64,000 bases of DNA from Candidatus Woesebacteria bacterium RIFCSPHIGHO2_01_FULL_39_32. GTDB lineage: Bacteria > Patescibacteriota > Microgenomatia > UBA8517. The notes under the pieces were generated by a model. It saw only the letters and a program-made list of their open reading frames with translations. It did no database searches and was not told the origin of the DNA. Shown here in pieces: positions 1-8,607 of this stretch. A program made the position numbers and the translations under genes. Location: positions 21,371-85,370 of the forward strand of contig MGGJ01000013.1 of assembly GCA_001792345.1 (NCBI GenBank). Direction: 5' to 3'. Numbering within the stretch: position 1 is the first letter of the stretch; every line of letters starts with the position of its first letter.

Positions 1-1557
1 GTTAGCGTTGGAGGTAAAAAGGGCGACTTGTCACAAACGGAAGCAATTAAGATTACTGAAGAAACTTTAGATCAAATAAAAACAAAGGATTCAATTGTTA
101 AGGTAGCTGGAGACATGAATGCGCTAATCCGATTCTTGAACTGGTTCCCCTTGATAAAAAGTGAGGAAAATTTTAGTTTAGGGACAGGATGGAGATATGC
201 AGCAGTTTGTGACACAACCAATGCACTACTCAATGAATTATCTGACGGAACATCATTTTTAGAAGGTTTTTCTGATATTTTTGTAGACTCTTTATTACCA
301 CAAATCAGACAGCTTGATGCAACATCTGCTAAGGGTAGATTTCAAATTCAACTTATTGAAGAAGGCAAATTGTCACCAGAAATATATGATTTAATCCAGA
401 AAAGAGGATCAGAAATAGTAGAAAGAACCTCTGTTGGACTTGTAAATCTGAAAGTAGAGGAAGCAGTAGTTGATCTAAATGAAACTAGACCCAGAGTATT
501 AGTTGGGGGTAAAGCTGCCGGTTTAAGTGAAGCAGTAAAAATATTCGGTAAAGAAAACACCCTCCCTGGATTAACTATTACAACTGAATGGATAAACGAG
601 GTGCTTTTCCAAGACGAAGAGATTAAAACCCTAATTAGTATCTTCGAAAATACAAGTAATATAGGCGAGAAATTTATCCTTGCAAGGGAAATCAGAGATA
701 GGATACATAATTTGAGATTTGTCGACCTGATATCTATACCAACTCATAATAGATATGCCATCAGATCTTCGTCTTATGATGAAGATACCACAAATAATGG
801 TACAGCAGCAGGAGTTTATGAAAGTGTGATTGACGTCGAGGCAACAGGAGTTGAAGCTGCAGTGAAAACTGTTGTCGCATCATTTTTTTCAGAAAAAGCA
901 ATTAGTTTTAGAACCTTACACGGTTTTAGCGACAAACCATCTATGGCAGTAGTAATTAGTCCACTTATCGAAGGAAAGGGCGGAGTTATTATTACCTCAG
1001 GAAACGTAAAAGATTGGGAGCTTTCAGTCGGAAAATCGGCTCAGCATGTTGTTAAAGACGGGGAAACAGGCTTCGACTCTTATAGAAGCATTGATGGAGC
1101 TTTAAAGTATAGATCCGATAATAAAATACTTAAACAAAATGAGGTGCTTATGATTGCTGAGGCGGCCCTTAAAGCAGAACGATTGCTAAAAACCCCCGTA
1201 GATATCGAGTTTGTATTCGATAAGGGGAAGCTGTTAATTCTACAATTAAGGTCTGCATCAAACCAAGGTGATACACAAGCTTATTCATCTGAAAGTACAA
1301 ATGAGATGGAAACAACTACGACTTTACAAGTAGACGATCTTGCAACTCTTTATTCGCTTGGCCAATCGCAGACTAATTTCAAGCTGAGGGTTGGAAAGGA
1401 TATCGACATAGGTCAATTCCAGGGTGAACTGTTAAGATTTCTGGTGGTAAATAGAAACCGTTTAAGGGGGTTAATACTAGAAAGAAGAATACCAAGAACT
1501 AGTCATTTAGCAAATATTTGTGCTAACTTAGGAATTAAAATCGAATTCACGGACTAA
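1..1557 (+). CDS. PEP-synthase/PPDK-like ATP-grasp kinase with C-terminal phospho-His swivel domain (5' end outside window)
   Basis: Frame is open from base 1. Motifs VGGKAAGL, AIRSSSYDED, AAGVYES, PVDIEF and LQLR match the PPDK N-terminal domain; C-terminal RTSHLANIC matches the His-swivel motif. Confidence 0.75.
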   Translation, partial: VSVGGKKGDLSQTEAIKITEETLDQIKTKDSIVKVAGDMNALIRFLNWFPLIKSEENFSLGTGWRYAAVCDTTNALLNELSDGTSFLEGFSDIFVDSLLPQIRQLDATSAKGRFQIQLIEEGKLSPEIYDLIQKRGSEIVERTSVGLVNLKVEEAVVDLNETRPRVLVGGKAAGLSEAVKIFGKENTLPGLTITTEWINEVLFQDEEIKTLISIFENTSNIGEKFILAREIRDRIHNLRFVDLISIPTHNRYAIRSSSYDEDTTNNGTAAGVYESVIDVEATGVEAAVKTVVASFFSEKAISFRTLHGFSDKPSMAVVISPLIEGKGGVIITSGNVKDWELSVGKSAQHVVKDGETGFDSYRSIDGALKYRSDNKILKQNEVLMIAEAALKAERLLKTPVDIEFVFDKGKLLILQLRSASNQGDTQAYSSESTNEMETTTTLQVDDLATLYSLGQSQTNFKLRVGKDIDIGQFQGELLRFLVVNRNRLRGLILERRIPRTSHLANICANLGIKIEFTD

Positions 1558-2312
1558 TGAACAAAAGAGAATTAGTATTGCTTAAAAAAATTAGTAAAGA
1601 GGCTGTAAGACTAGACTGGGAAAAGGCTTTTAATGGAAAAGCAAAAGGGAACAAGCATCTTTTTAGAGTAAATAAAATTGCAAAGTTTCTTCAAAAAAGG
1701 GAGGGTGGAAACTTATTTTTAATTCTTACTTCAGCCTGGGTACACGACGTCTCTTTAGCGTATGATTGTAACGAATCAGAAAAAAATATAAACAAAAATA
1801 CAAGGCAATTTCTAAGTCAGTTTAACTTACTACCAAATGAAATTAATAAAATAGCCCAATATTCATCTTCACATGAGTCGGGGAGAAAAAATATTCCAAT
1901 AGAGGCCAAGATTGTTCATGATTCTGATGTAATAGATAAAGGTGGAATATTGGGAATCATAAGACATGTCTGGAAAATGACCAATTTACTGGAAAAAAGA
2001 ATATTATCTAATAAGGAAGACCTGGCACAAGTAAAGAAACATCTAAAGGAAAGGGAAAGGAAGGTTTTCACAAAGACATCTAAAAAAATAGTAAAACGAC
2101 TGAATAAAAAAAGAGACGAATTCTTTACTAATGAAGATCGTGCAATTGAGTTGATGAACCAAATATCAATTAAAGCAAATAAGGGTATAAATTCCGACAA
2201 GATTGCCCTCTTCTTGATTAAAACTGAAAAAATATATATTTCTGAAATACTAAGAAATCAACTCGACTGCTCTTATCTAAATCTAAGAATAAAGGAAAAT
2301 TATAAGGAGTAA
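1557..2312 (+). CDS. HD-domain phosphohydrolase
   Basis: Metal-binding residues H(KHLFRV), WVHD, SHE and HDSDVID; TAATG-coupled to the upstream gene. Confidence 0.8.
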   Translation: MNKRELVLLKKISKEAVRLDWEKAFNGKAKGNKHLFRVNKIAKFLQKREGGNLFLILTSAWVHDVSLAYDCNESEKNINKNTRQFLSQFNLLPNEINKIAQYSSSHESGRKNIPIEAKIVHDSDVIDKGGILGIIRHVWKMTNLLEKRILSNKEDLAQVKKHLKERERKVFTKTSKKIVKRLNKKRDEFFTNEDRAIELMNQISIKANKGINSDKIALFLIKTEKIYISEILRNQLDCSYLNLRIKENYKE

Positions 2313-2401
2313 AAAGTATCAGAGATGAAAAAACTTGTTAAGCCAACTTTGTGTGAAAGATCCCGACGGAGAAATAAAAGAATTTTAAAACTTTTAGAAT
2401 A

Positions 2402-2974
2402 ATGGATAAAGACAGAAAAAATAAATACCAGATACTTATTGATGAACAACATACCAGATGGAAGACGGGTAAACAAGAAGATGGAGAAATAGAGCTTTGG
2501 AAACAATCTTTTGAAGAAAAACCAGCACTTCCGGACCCAAAGGATATGTTTGAAATAGAGATTTCAGACAAAGAAACTCTTCAAAAGATAGGAGTTCCTG
2601 AAGATAGAAAATCCTTATTTATCGAAAGAGAAATAATATTAGATAGCGACCTCGGTGATGAGGTGCTTATAGAAAGAATATATACCTCAAACGCACAAGA
2701 GGAAAAACAAGCAGCATCATATTTAATAATTACTCCGACTGGCGAGACTTTCGGTGACAAATCTATATATAGGTATAACTTATCTACACCCAATCCCAAG
2801 CAAGGATTATCTGGTTTGCTAATTATAAGTAATGTAAGAAGTTTACTCGAAACGCCAATCCCCATAACCCATTCAGAATGGAATCAAGGAAACAGTTTCG
2901 CCGGTCTTTCTAAAAGTGAAGTCAATAAAGCTTTGAGAAACGTAATTGAGTTTAGAGATCGAACAAAGAACTAA
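2402..2974 (+). CDS. Hypothetical acidic protein (cargo between duplicated HD-gene 3' ends)
   Basis: 190-aa ORF with no motif recognised. Confidence 0.6.
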   Translation: MDKDRKNKYQILIDEQHTRWKTGKQEDGEIELWKQSFEEKPALPDPKDMFEIEISDKETLQKIGVPEDRKSLFIEREIILDSDLGDEVLIERIYTSNAQEEKQAASYLIITPTGETFGDKSIYRYNLSTPNPKQGLSGLLIISNVRSLLETPIPITHSEWNQGNSFAGLSKSEVNKALRNVIEFRDRTKN

Positions 2975-3102
2975 TGAACCTGATTTCAATAAAAGCAAAT
3001 AAGGATATTAATTCCGACAAGATTGCTTTAATATTGGTTAAAAAAGATAAAACTCCTTTCCCAAAAGCTTTTCTTGAACAACTCCGGTGTAAATATTTAT
3101 AA
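2974..3102 (+). pseudogene. Displaced alternative 3' end of the HD-domain gene (42 codons)
   Basis: 2974-3026 matches 2154-2206 at 47/53 nt. It translates MNLISIKANKDINSDKIALILVK...LRCKYL versus MNQISIKANKGINSDKIALFLIK...LDCSYL. Confidence 0.85.
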
Positions 3103-3144
3103 TAGAGTATTGAGTGAATCTTTAAGTATTGCTAATAAGAATAT

Positions 3145-3173
3145 TTGACAAATGATTAAACCTCCTATAATAT
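3145..3173 (+). promoter_or_regulatory. Sigma70-type promoter of the Tyr-leader operon
   Basis: TTGACA (3145) followed by TATAAT (3166, 15-nt spacer) or TAATAT (3168, 17-nt spacer). Confidence 0.7.
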
Positions 3174-3187
3174 TGCAAATTGCTGTT

Positions 3188-3229
3188 ATGACTACTGGCT
3201 ATTACTATTACTTTAGCCCAAGTTTTTAA
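3188..3229 (+). CDS. Tyr-rich leader peptide MTTGYYYYFSPSF
   Basis: ATG ACT ACT GGC TAT TAC TAT TAC TTT AGC CCA AGT TTT TAA lies between the promoter and the terminator, upstream of a decarboxylase/tyrS operon. Confidence 0.8.
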   Translation: MTTGYYYYFSPSF

Positions 3230-3233
3230 AAGC

Positions 3234-3258
3234 AACGCGCCTTTGAGCGCGTTTTTTT
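3234..3258 (+). terminator. Intrinsic terminator/attenuator
   Basis: AACGCGC-CTTTGA-GCGCGTT followed by a T-run, 4 nt after the leader stop codon. Confidence 0.8.
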
Positions 3259-3274
3259 ATGCAAAAAAAATAAG

Positions 3275-4780
3275 ATGATTGAAGAAAGACAAATACTAAC
3301 AACAGATTTAGAACGAGTAAAAGACTTCTTTGTCGATCCAAGAAACCCACAATCAGCAGAAGATCTTGTTCAAATCGGGGGAGATGCAATACGTGTGATG
3401 GCCCAAATTTATTCCACGGCGGGACAGATTGAGTCAATGCCGCCAAAATTCAGGGATTGGTTGCAAGGCATAAAACCTGGAATGTCGGAACTTGAATCAG
3501 TAACAGGGGAAGTCCTAAGAATGGAAGCAAAAACCCGAAGGTTCGATGAAATGTTCATGGGTCAAATTCATCCACAAGGTAGCAAAATCGGAATAATTTC
3601 TAACTTAGTCGCTGCCTATATGAATAACAATCTAATAGTCGAAGATGTCTCTCAATCTGAAAGAGTAATGGAAAGAGAATCTATTAGATGGCTTGCAGAA
3701 ATTTTGGGATATGAGACCGATTTGGCAGGTGGAAATATCGTTACTGGAGGTACTGAAGCTAATGAAATTGCCCTTATGGTTGCTAGGGAAAAGCTATTGG
3801 ACTCAATGGGTTTGAAGAATCCCCTAAAGAGAGTTAAGAATCCTGTGCAGATGTATGTTTTGACTTCAAGGTGGAAACATTATTCGATAAGTAAAAAATG
3901 TGATGAATTAGGTATTGGTCTTCTGGAAATGCCATCTGATGACTTTAAGATTAATGTTCGCGCAACAGAAAAAGCGGTGAGGAAATTGAGAGAGAGAGGT
4001 AAGCATGTTGTTGCAATAGTCGGGTTAGCCGGCGAAACAGAGACTGGAGCCATTGAAGATCTTGAGGGACTTGCCGAAGTTGCGCATAATACTGATATTT
4101 ATTTCCATGTTGATGCAGCATATGGCGGACCTTTTGTGTTATCTAGAAGAAAAGATCTGTTCAAGGGAATTGAGTACGCAGACTCGGTCACAATAGATCC
4201 ACATAAAATGCTCTACACACCTTATCCTGCAGGAGCAATAGTGTTTAGAAACGCCAGCGATCAAGACTATCTCCACACAGATACTAGATATTTGGGGGCC
4301 GTGGCCTCAACATCCTCTGGATCTAGAAGTACTGCTGGCACAATATCCACTTACGCAACAATTAAACTTCTTGGAAATGATGGTATAGCAACCTTGTTAA
4401 ACCACACACTTGATTTAGTGGAAACAGCATATCATTACGTGGAAGATTCTAGAGTACTTAGAGCTCTACATGAACCGGAACTCAACACTATGTTAATAGG
4501 CCTAACTGATGATGTTAAAACAAGAGCGGCTCAAAGAGGAATTGACGGAAAAGCATACGATGACATGATTTGCGCAGTAATAAGACAAATTGACAATCAT
4601 CGATCTAGAAATCCTTACGTCTCAAACAATAGCGATGTAGATCCTGAAAAACGTTTTGGTAGGATCGGTAAACGAAGTGTTTTTAGATTTATAGCTGTTC
4701 ACCCTTATACAACTCATGAAGATGTCAGAACTACTCTTCAAAGAGTCGAAGAGACAGTTAGTGAAAAAATAGGGCTATAA
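3275..4780 (+). CDS. Group II PLP-dependent amino-acid decarboxylase (tyrosine/aromatic decarboxylase-like)
   Basis: Motifs TGGTEAN, HYSI, AGETETGAIE, FHVDAAYGG and SVTIDPHK (PLP lysine). Confidence 0.9.
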   Translation: MIEERQILTTDLERVKDFFVDPRNPQSAEDLVQIGGDAIRVMAQIYSTAGQIESMPPKFRDWLQGIKPGMSELESVTGEVLRMEAKTRRFDEMFMGQIHPQGSKIGIISNLVAAYMNNNLIVEDVSQSERVMERESIRWLAEILGYETDLAGGNIVTGGTEANEIALMVAREKLLDSMGLKNPLKRVKNPVQMYVLTSRWKHYSISKKCDELGIGLLEMPSDDFKINVRATEKAVRKLRERGKHVVAIVGLAGETETGAIEDLEGLAEVAHNTDIYFHVDAAYGGPFVLSRRKDLFKGIEYADSVTIDPHKMLYTPYPAGAIVFRNASDQDYLHTDTRYLGAVASTSSGSRSTAGTISTYATIKLLGNDGIATLLNHTLDLVETAYHYVEDSRVLRALHEPELNTMLIGLTDDVKTRAAQRGIDGKAYDDMICAVIRQIDNHRSRNPYVSNNSDVDPEKRFGRIGKRSVFRFIAVHPYTTHEDVRTTLQRVEETVSEKIGL

Positions 4781-4795
4781 TCTTTTAAATTAAAT

Positions 4796-5908
4796 ATGCC
4801 TGAGAAAGACATACAATTATTAACTTCCGAAATGATCGCTATTCCTTCTTTGACGACCGATCAAGAAGCTTGCCTTAAGGTACTCGATTATATTTCTTCG
4901 TACCTAGGAAAAGTACATGCAGAAACTTACTTGCATACCGGAGTGTATTCACGCATTTGGGGTGACAACAATACACTTATGAACCCAAGACTTCTTCTTT
5001 CTGGGCATATAGATGTTGTCGACGTAGAGGGTGATGACACTTTATTCCACTCCAAAGAGGAAGCTGGAAAATTGTATGGTAGGGGTGCGGGAGACATGAA
5101 GGGACATGTTGCCTCGATGCTTTACTCTTATAAAAAATGGCTAGAAGAAGGAGGGCCTAGAGGAGTAGGTTTGCTTTTAACTTCAGATGAAGAAATGGGC
5201 GGCTTTAACGGTACGCGGTATGTTGTGGAACAAGGTTTAAAACCCAAAGTTGTATTTATTCCTGATGGAACTCTTGATTTTTCTATTGTCAAATCGCAAA
5301 AAGCGCCCCATCACTTTGTAGTCGAAATTCAAGGACAAGGCGGACACGCTGCAGATTCGTATAAAATTAAGGATCCCATCGATAGCCTAATCGCTTTTTA
5401 TTTACGAGTTCAAGAAAAGTACGATATTGCAACTCCAGAAAACGGTTGGGCTTCAACTTTCAAAATGACCGTTGTAAACACTCCAAACCAATCAAAGAAT
5501 AAAATTCCAGATAGAGTAACGGCAGCTTTTAGTTGGAGGTGGCCACCGGAACAAATCCTTTTTGAGGAAGGTAGGGATGAAATTACCAACTTAGCTAAAC
5601 AATATGGGGTAAAAATCCTTGAAGAGGAAGGTGGAGGTGAAGGATGTATTCTTAACGAAAATGCGGAATTTGTAACTCAATGGAAAACAATTATTGAAGA
5701 AATTATAGGTCGTGGTGTAAAATTCGTCAACATGCATGGTACCACAGATGGCCGACACTTCTATAACAGCAAAGTCGCCGGGACTAAAAATGTACTTGTC
5801 ACCTCAGCAATCTCGGGAGATCACCACCAAAAAGGCGAGTGGGTAGACATTCAAAGTTTGAATCAGTTATCTGGAGCTATTAGTAGGTATATGCGCATTA
5901 GTGAATAA
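4796..5908 (+). CDS. M20 family metallo-amidohydrolase (ArgE/DapE-like)
   Basis: Motifs SGHIDVV, YGRGAGDMKG, SDEEMGG, GGHAA, GTTDGRHF and HQKGEWV. Confidence 0.9.
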   Translation: MPEKDIQLLTSEMIAIPSLTTDQEACLKVLDYISSYLGKVHAETYLHTGVYSRIWGDNNTLMNPRLLLSGHIDVVDVEGDDTLFHSKEEAGKLYGRGAGDMKGHVASMLYSYKKWLEEGGPRGVGLLLTSDEEMGGFNGTRYVVEQGLKPKVVFIPDGTLDFSIVKSQKAPHHFVVEIQGQGGHAADSYKIKDPIDSLIAFYLRVQEKYDIATPENGWASTFKMTVVNTPNQSKNKIPDRVTAAFSWRWPPEQILFEEGRDEITNLAKQYGVKILEEEGGGEGCILNENAEFVTQWKTIIEEIIGRGVKFVNMHGTTDGRHFYNSKVAGTKNVLVTSAISGDHHQKGEWVDIQSLNQLSGAISRYMRISE

Positions 5909-5910
5909 AT

Positions 5911-7179
5911 ATGTCTTTAGAGCACCATCTTGATCAATTAATAAGTCGAGAACAAGAGCCTGTAACTATTGATGAAACGTTGCGTCGAGGTGTCGAGATA
6001 ATTTTACCTGATCGAAGTAGTCTACAAAGCGAGATGGAACAAAGAAAGGTACGGTTGTATTTAGGAATTGATGCAACCAGCCCAAATCTTCATATAGGTC
6101 ATACAGTCCCACTTCGCAAATTAAGACAGTTTCAAGACTTAGGCCACGAGGTAATATTTCTTTTCGGGGGATTTACTTCCTTGATTGGAGATCCATCAGA
6201 TAAGTCGGCTACTAGGCAAAGATTAACTCCAGAACAGGTTGAATATAATATGGCGACCTATGTTGATCAGGCAGCGAGGATACTTGATTTTTCTCCCAAT
6301 TCACCAAATCCAATTAAAATTATGAATAATGCCGAATGGCTTTCGAAACTTACTCTTGCAGAAGTAATAGATATTCAAGCCAATTTTACAGTGCAGCAAA
6401 TGTTAGAACGAAATATGTTTCAAGAACGAGTGCAAGCAGGAAAACCAATCTGGCTTCAAGAGTTTTCTTATCCATGGATGCAAGGTTGGGATGCTGTTGC
6501 TATGAATGTTGATATAGAAGTTGGAGGTAAAGATCAGCTTTTCAATATGCTTGTTGGCCAAACACTTGTCAGAAGATATAAAGATCACGAAAAATGGGTA
6601 ATAGGCACAAAGCTAATAGAGGATCCAAGCGGCAAGAAAATGGGCAAGACTGAAGGAAATATTGTTAATATACTCGATTGGCCGGAGGTCAAATACGAAG
6701 GAGTCATGGCATGGCCGGATACTGCAATTGGCGTAGGTTTCGAATTAATCACTTCTGTACCAATGGAAGCAGTTTACCAAATACAAGAGGAGGTTTTACC
6801 TCAAACACTTGAGGGAACTAGTGGTATTCACCCCATGGAATTAAAGGAAGCATTAGCGTTTAGGATGGTATTAGAATTAGATGGCGAAGATGCTGCCGTT
6901 TATGCACGAGAAGAATTTGATAGAGTGAAAAGACAAAGACTACTTCCTAGACGAATCCAAGAAATCAACGTTCACGCTGATTCGAGCTTTTTACAAATAT
7001 TAGTTGATTCAAACTTAGCTCCAAACGAAACCGAAGCGCAAAGATTGATTGCATCTGGTGCTATTTATATTGACGGCAAGAAAGAGACAAAAAACAGAAA
7101 TTGGGGAAAAAGCGATGGAACTATTCAAATCGGTACTAAGACAATAAGAAATGTAAGGAGAATCGTTCTACAAGTCTAA
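5911..7179 (+). CDS. tyrS: Tyrosine--tRNA ligase paralog (accessory copy)
   Basis: Motifs YLGIDAT, HIGH, GDPS, YPWMQGWD, GGKDQ and KMGKT, plus a C-terminal S4-like domain. Confidence 0.9.
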   Translation: MSLEHHLDQLISREQEPVTIDETLRRGVEIILPDRSSLQSEMEQRKVRLYLGIDATSPNLHIGHTVPLRKLRQFQDLGHEVIFLFGGFTSLIGDPSDKSATRQRLTPEQVEYNMATYVDQAARILDFSPNSPNPIKIMNNAEWLSKLTLAEVIDIQANFTVQQMLERNMFQERVQAGKPIWLQEFSYPWMQGWDAVAMNVDIEVGGKDQLFNMLVGQTLVRRYKDHEKWVIGTKLIEDPSGKKMGKTEGNIVNILDWPEVKYEGVMAWPDTAIGVGFELITSVPMEAVYQIQEEVLPQTLEGTSGIHPMELKEALAFRMVLELDGEDAAVYAREEFDRVKRQRLLPRRIQEINVHADSSFLQILVDSNLAPNETEAQRLIASGAIYIDGKKETKNRNWGKSDGTIQIGTKTIRNVRRIVLQV

Positions 7180-7218
7180 TAAACTACTTCAAAATTAATA
7201 GTAGAATAATTTTATGCT

Positions 7219-7247
7219 TTGACGCTACGACACTTCTAGACTAAAAT
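7219..7247 (+). promoter_or_regulatory. Promoter of second tyrS
   Basis: TTGACG-17 nt-TAAAAT. Confidence 0.65.
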
Positions 7248-7265
7248 ATTGATTGAAAGGCTAAA

Positions 7266-8438
7266 ATGCGAAATTTATCCATTGAAGAGGTTCTCACGAG
7301 GGGAGTATCTGATATTTTACCAACTAAAGGGGGCCTCGAAAACTTAATGAAAAGAAGGAAAATAACCCTCTATCAGGGTTTTGACCCTTCTATGCCTAGT
7401 CTTCACTTGGGTAATTATGTTGGAGTACTTAAACTCAGTCAATTTCAGAGGTTGGGTCACAAAGTCATATTTCTTGTAGGGGACTTTACTGGAATGATCG
7501 GAGATCCCAGTGATAAACTGTCCAGTAGAAAACAGCTAACTCGCGAGCAAGTTCTAGATAATGCCAAAAGTTGGAAAAAGCAAATCGAAAACATTCTTGA
7601 CTTTGAAGGAGAAAACAAAACACAAATTCTCTACAATTCAGAATGGAGCGACAAAATTTCTTTTAAGGATTTATTAGAAATAACTTCAAATTTTACCGTT
7701 CAGCAAATGATTGAGCGCGATATGTTCCAAGAGCGCCTCAAATTACAAAAACCAATTCGCCTTCATGAATTTTTATATCCTGTTGCTCAAGGGTACGACT
7801 CTGTCGCTATGGATGTTGACTTGGAAATAGGCGGTAGTGACCAAATATTTAATATGCTTGCGGGAAGAACTTTAATGAAAGCGATAAAAGAAAAGGAAAA
7901 ATATGTCTTGGCTACTAAATTATTGGTCGACAAAGAAGGGAAAAAGGTGGGAAAGACTACGGGGAATGCTTTGTTCTTAGATTCATCACCTGAAAATTTT
8001 TTTGCAGGGATAATGTCTTTTCCAGACGACGTAATTGAACTTAGTTTCGAACTATTAACAGAAATTCTCCTTCGGGGATTGAGTATGAAAATTAAGAAAA
8101 ACCCCTTAGACCAAAAAAAGAGATTAGCATATGAAGTAGTTAAAATTATTTGGGGCGAAACGGAAGCCAAAAAATCACAAGAACATTTTGAAAAGACTTT
8201 TCAGAAAGGAGAAACACCAAGCGAGATAAAGCCTTTGGAAATTAGTGTCAGTGAAAACATTACTGTTACAGATGCCGTTGCCCTAGAAGTAGGGAGCAAA
8301 TCTGAGGCCAAACGACTTTTGGAGCAGAGGGCCATAGAAGTTGATGGAAAAGTAGTTGAAAATCCTAAGGCTGAACTAGTGGATGGAGAAGTTCTGAAAA
8401 TCGGAAAGAAAAAATTCGTAAAAGTTGTCATAAAATGA
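7266..8438 (+). CDS. tyrS: Tyrosine--tRNA ligase (likely housekeeping copy)
   Basis: Motifs YQGFDPS, HLGN, YPVAQGYD, GGSDQ and KVGKT, plus an S4 domain; continuous with core genes. Confidence 0.95.
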   Translation: MRNLSIEEVLTRGVSDILPTKGGLENLMKRRKITLYQGFDPSMPSLHLGNYVGVLKLSQFQRLGHKVIFLVGDFTGMIGDPSDKLSSRKQLTREQVLDNAKSWKKQIENILDFEGENKTQILYNSEWSDKISFKDLLEITSNFTVQQMIERDMFQERLKLQKPIRLHEFLYPVAQGYDSVAMDVDLEIGGSDQIFNMLAGRTLMKAIKEKEKYVLATKLLVDKEGKKVGKTTGNALFLDSSPENFFAGIMSFPDDVIELSFELLTEILLRGLSMKIKKNPLDQKKRLAYEVVKIIWGETEAKKSQEHFEKTFQKGETPSEIKPLEISVSENITVTDAVALEVGSKSEAKRLLEQRAIEVDGKVVENPKAELVDGEVLKIGKKKFVKVVIK

Positions 8439-8557
8439 AAATAAGATTTATCAAAGACAAGAAGAAAGCGTTATTTACTTTAATTTTGGTTCTATCAACC
8501 TTAGGACTTTTGTTGACAACCTTTTTACCACTTCTGTCTCCTTTACTATTCGGATAG
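8435..8557 (+). CDS. Small membrane protein (40 aa)
   Basis: ATGA overlap with tyrS; MKIRFIKDKKKALFTLILVLSTLGLLLTTFLPLLSPLLFG has a basic N-terminus and one TM helix. Confidence 0.6.
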   Translation: MKIRFIKDKKKALFTLILVLSTLGLLLTTFLPLLSPLLFG

Positions 8558-8607
8558 GTACCTGCGGGGACAGTCTTCGCAAGTTGTAATATAATGCAAT
8601 TAATAAT

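Noticed and set aside
3100-3274. T-box riboswitch ahead of the tyrS genes
   Set aside because: The leader is about 100 nt with no T-box consensus (AGGGTGGNACCGCG); a leader peptide explains it.
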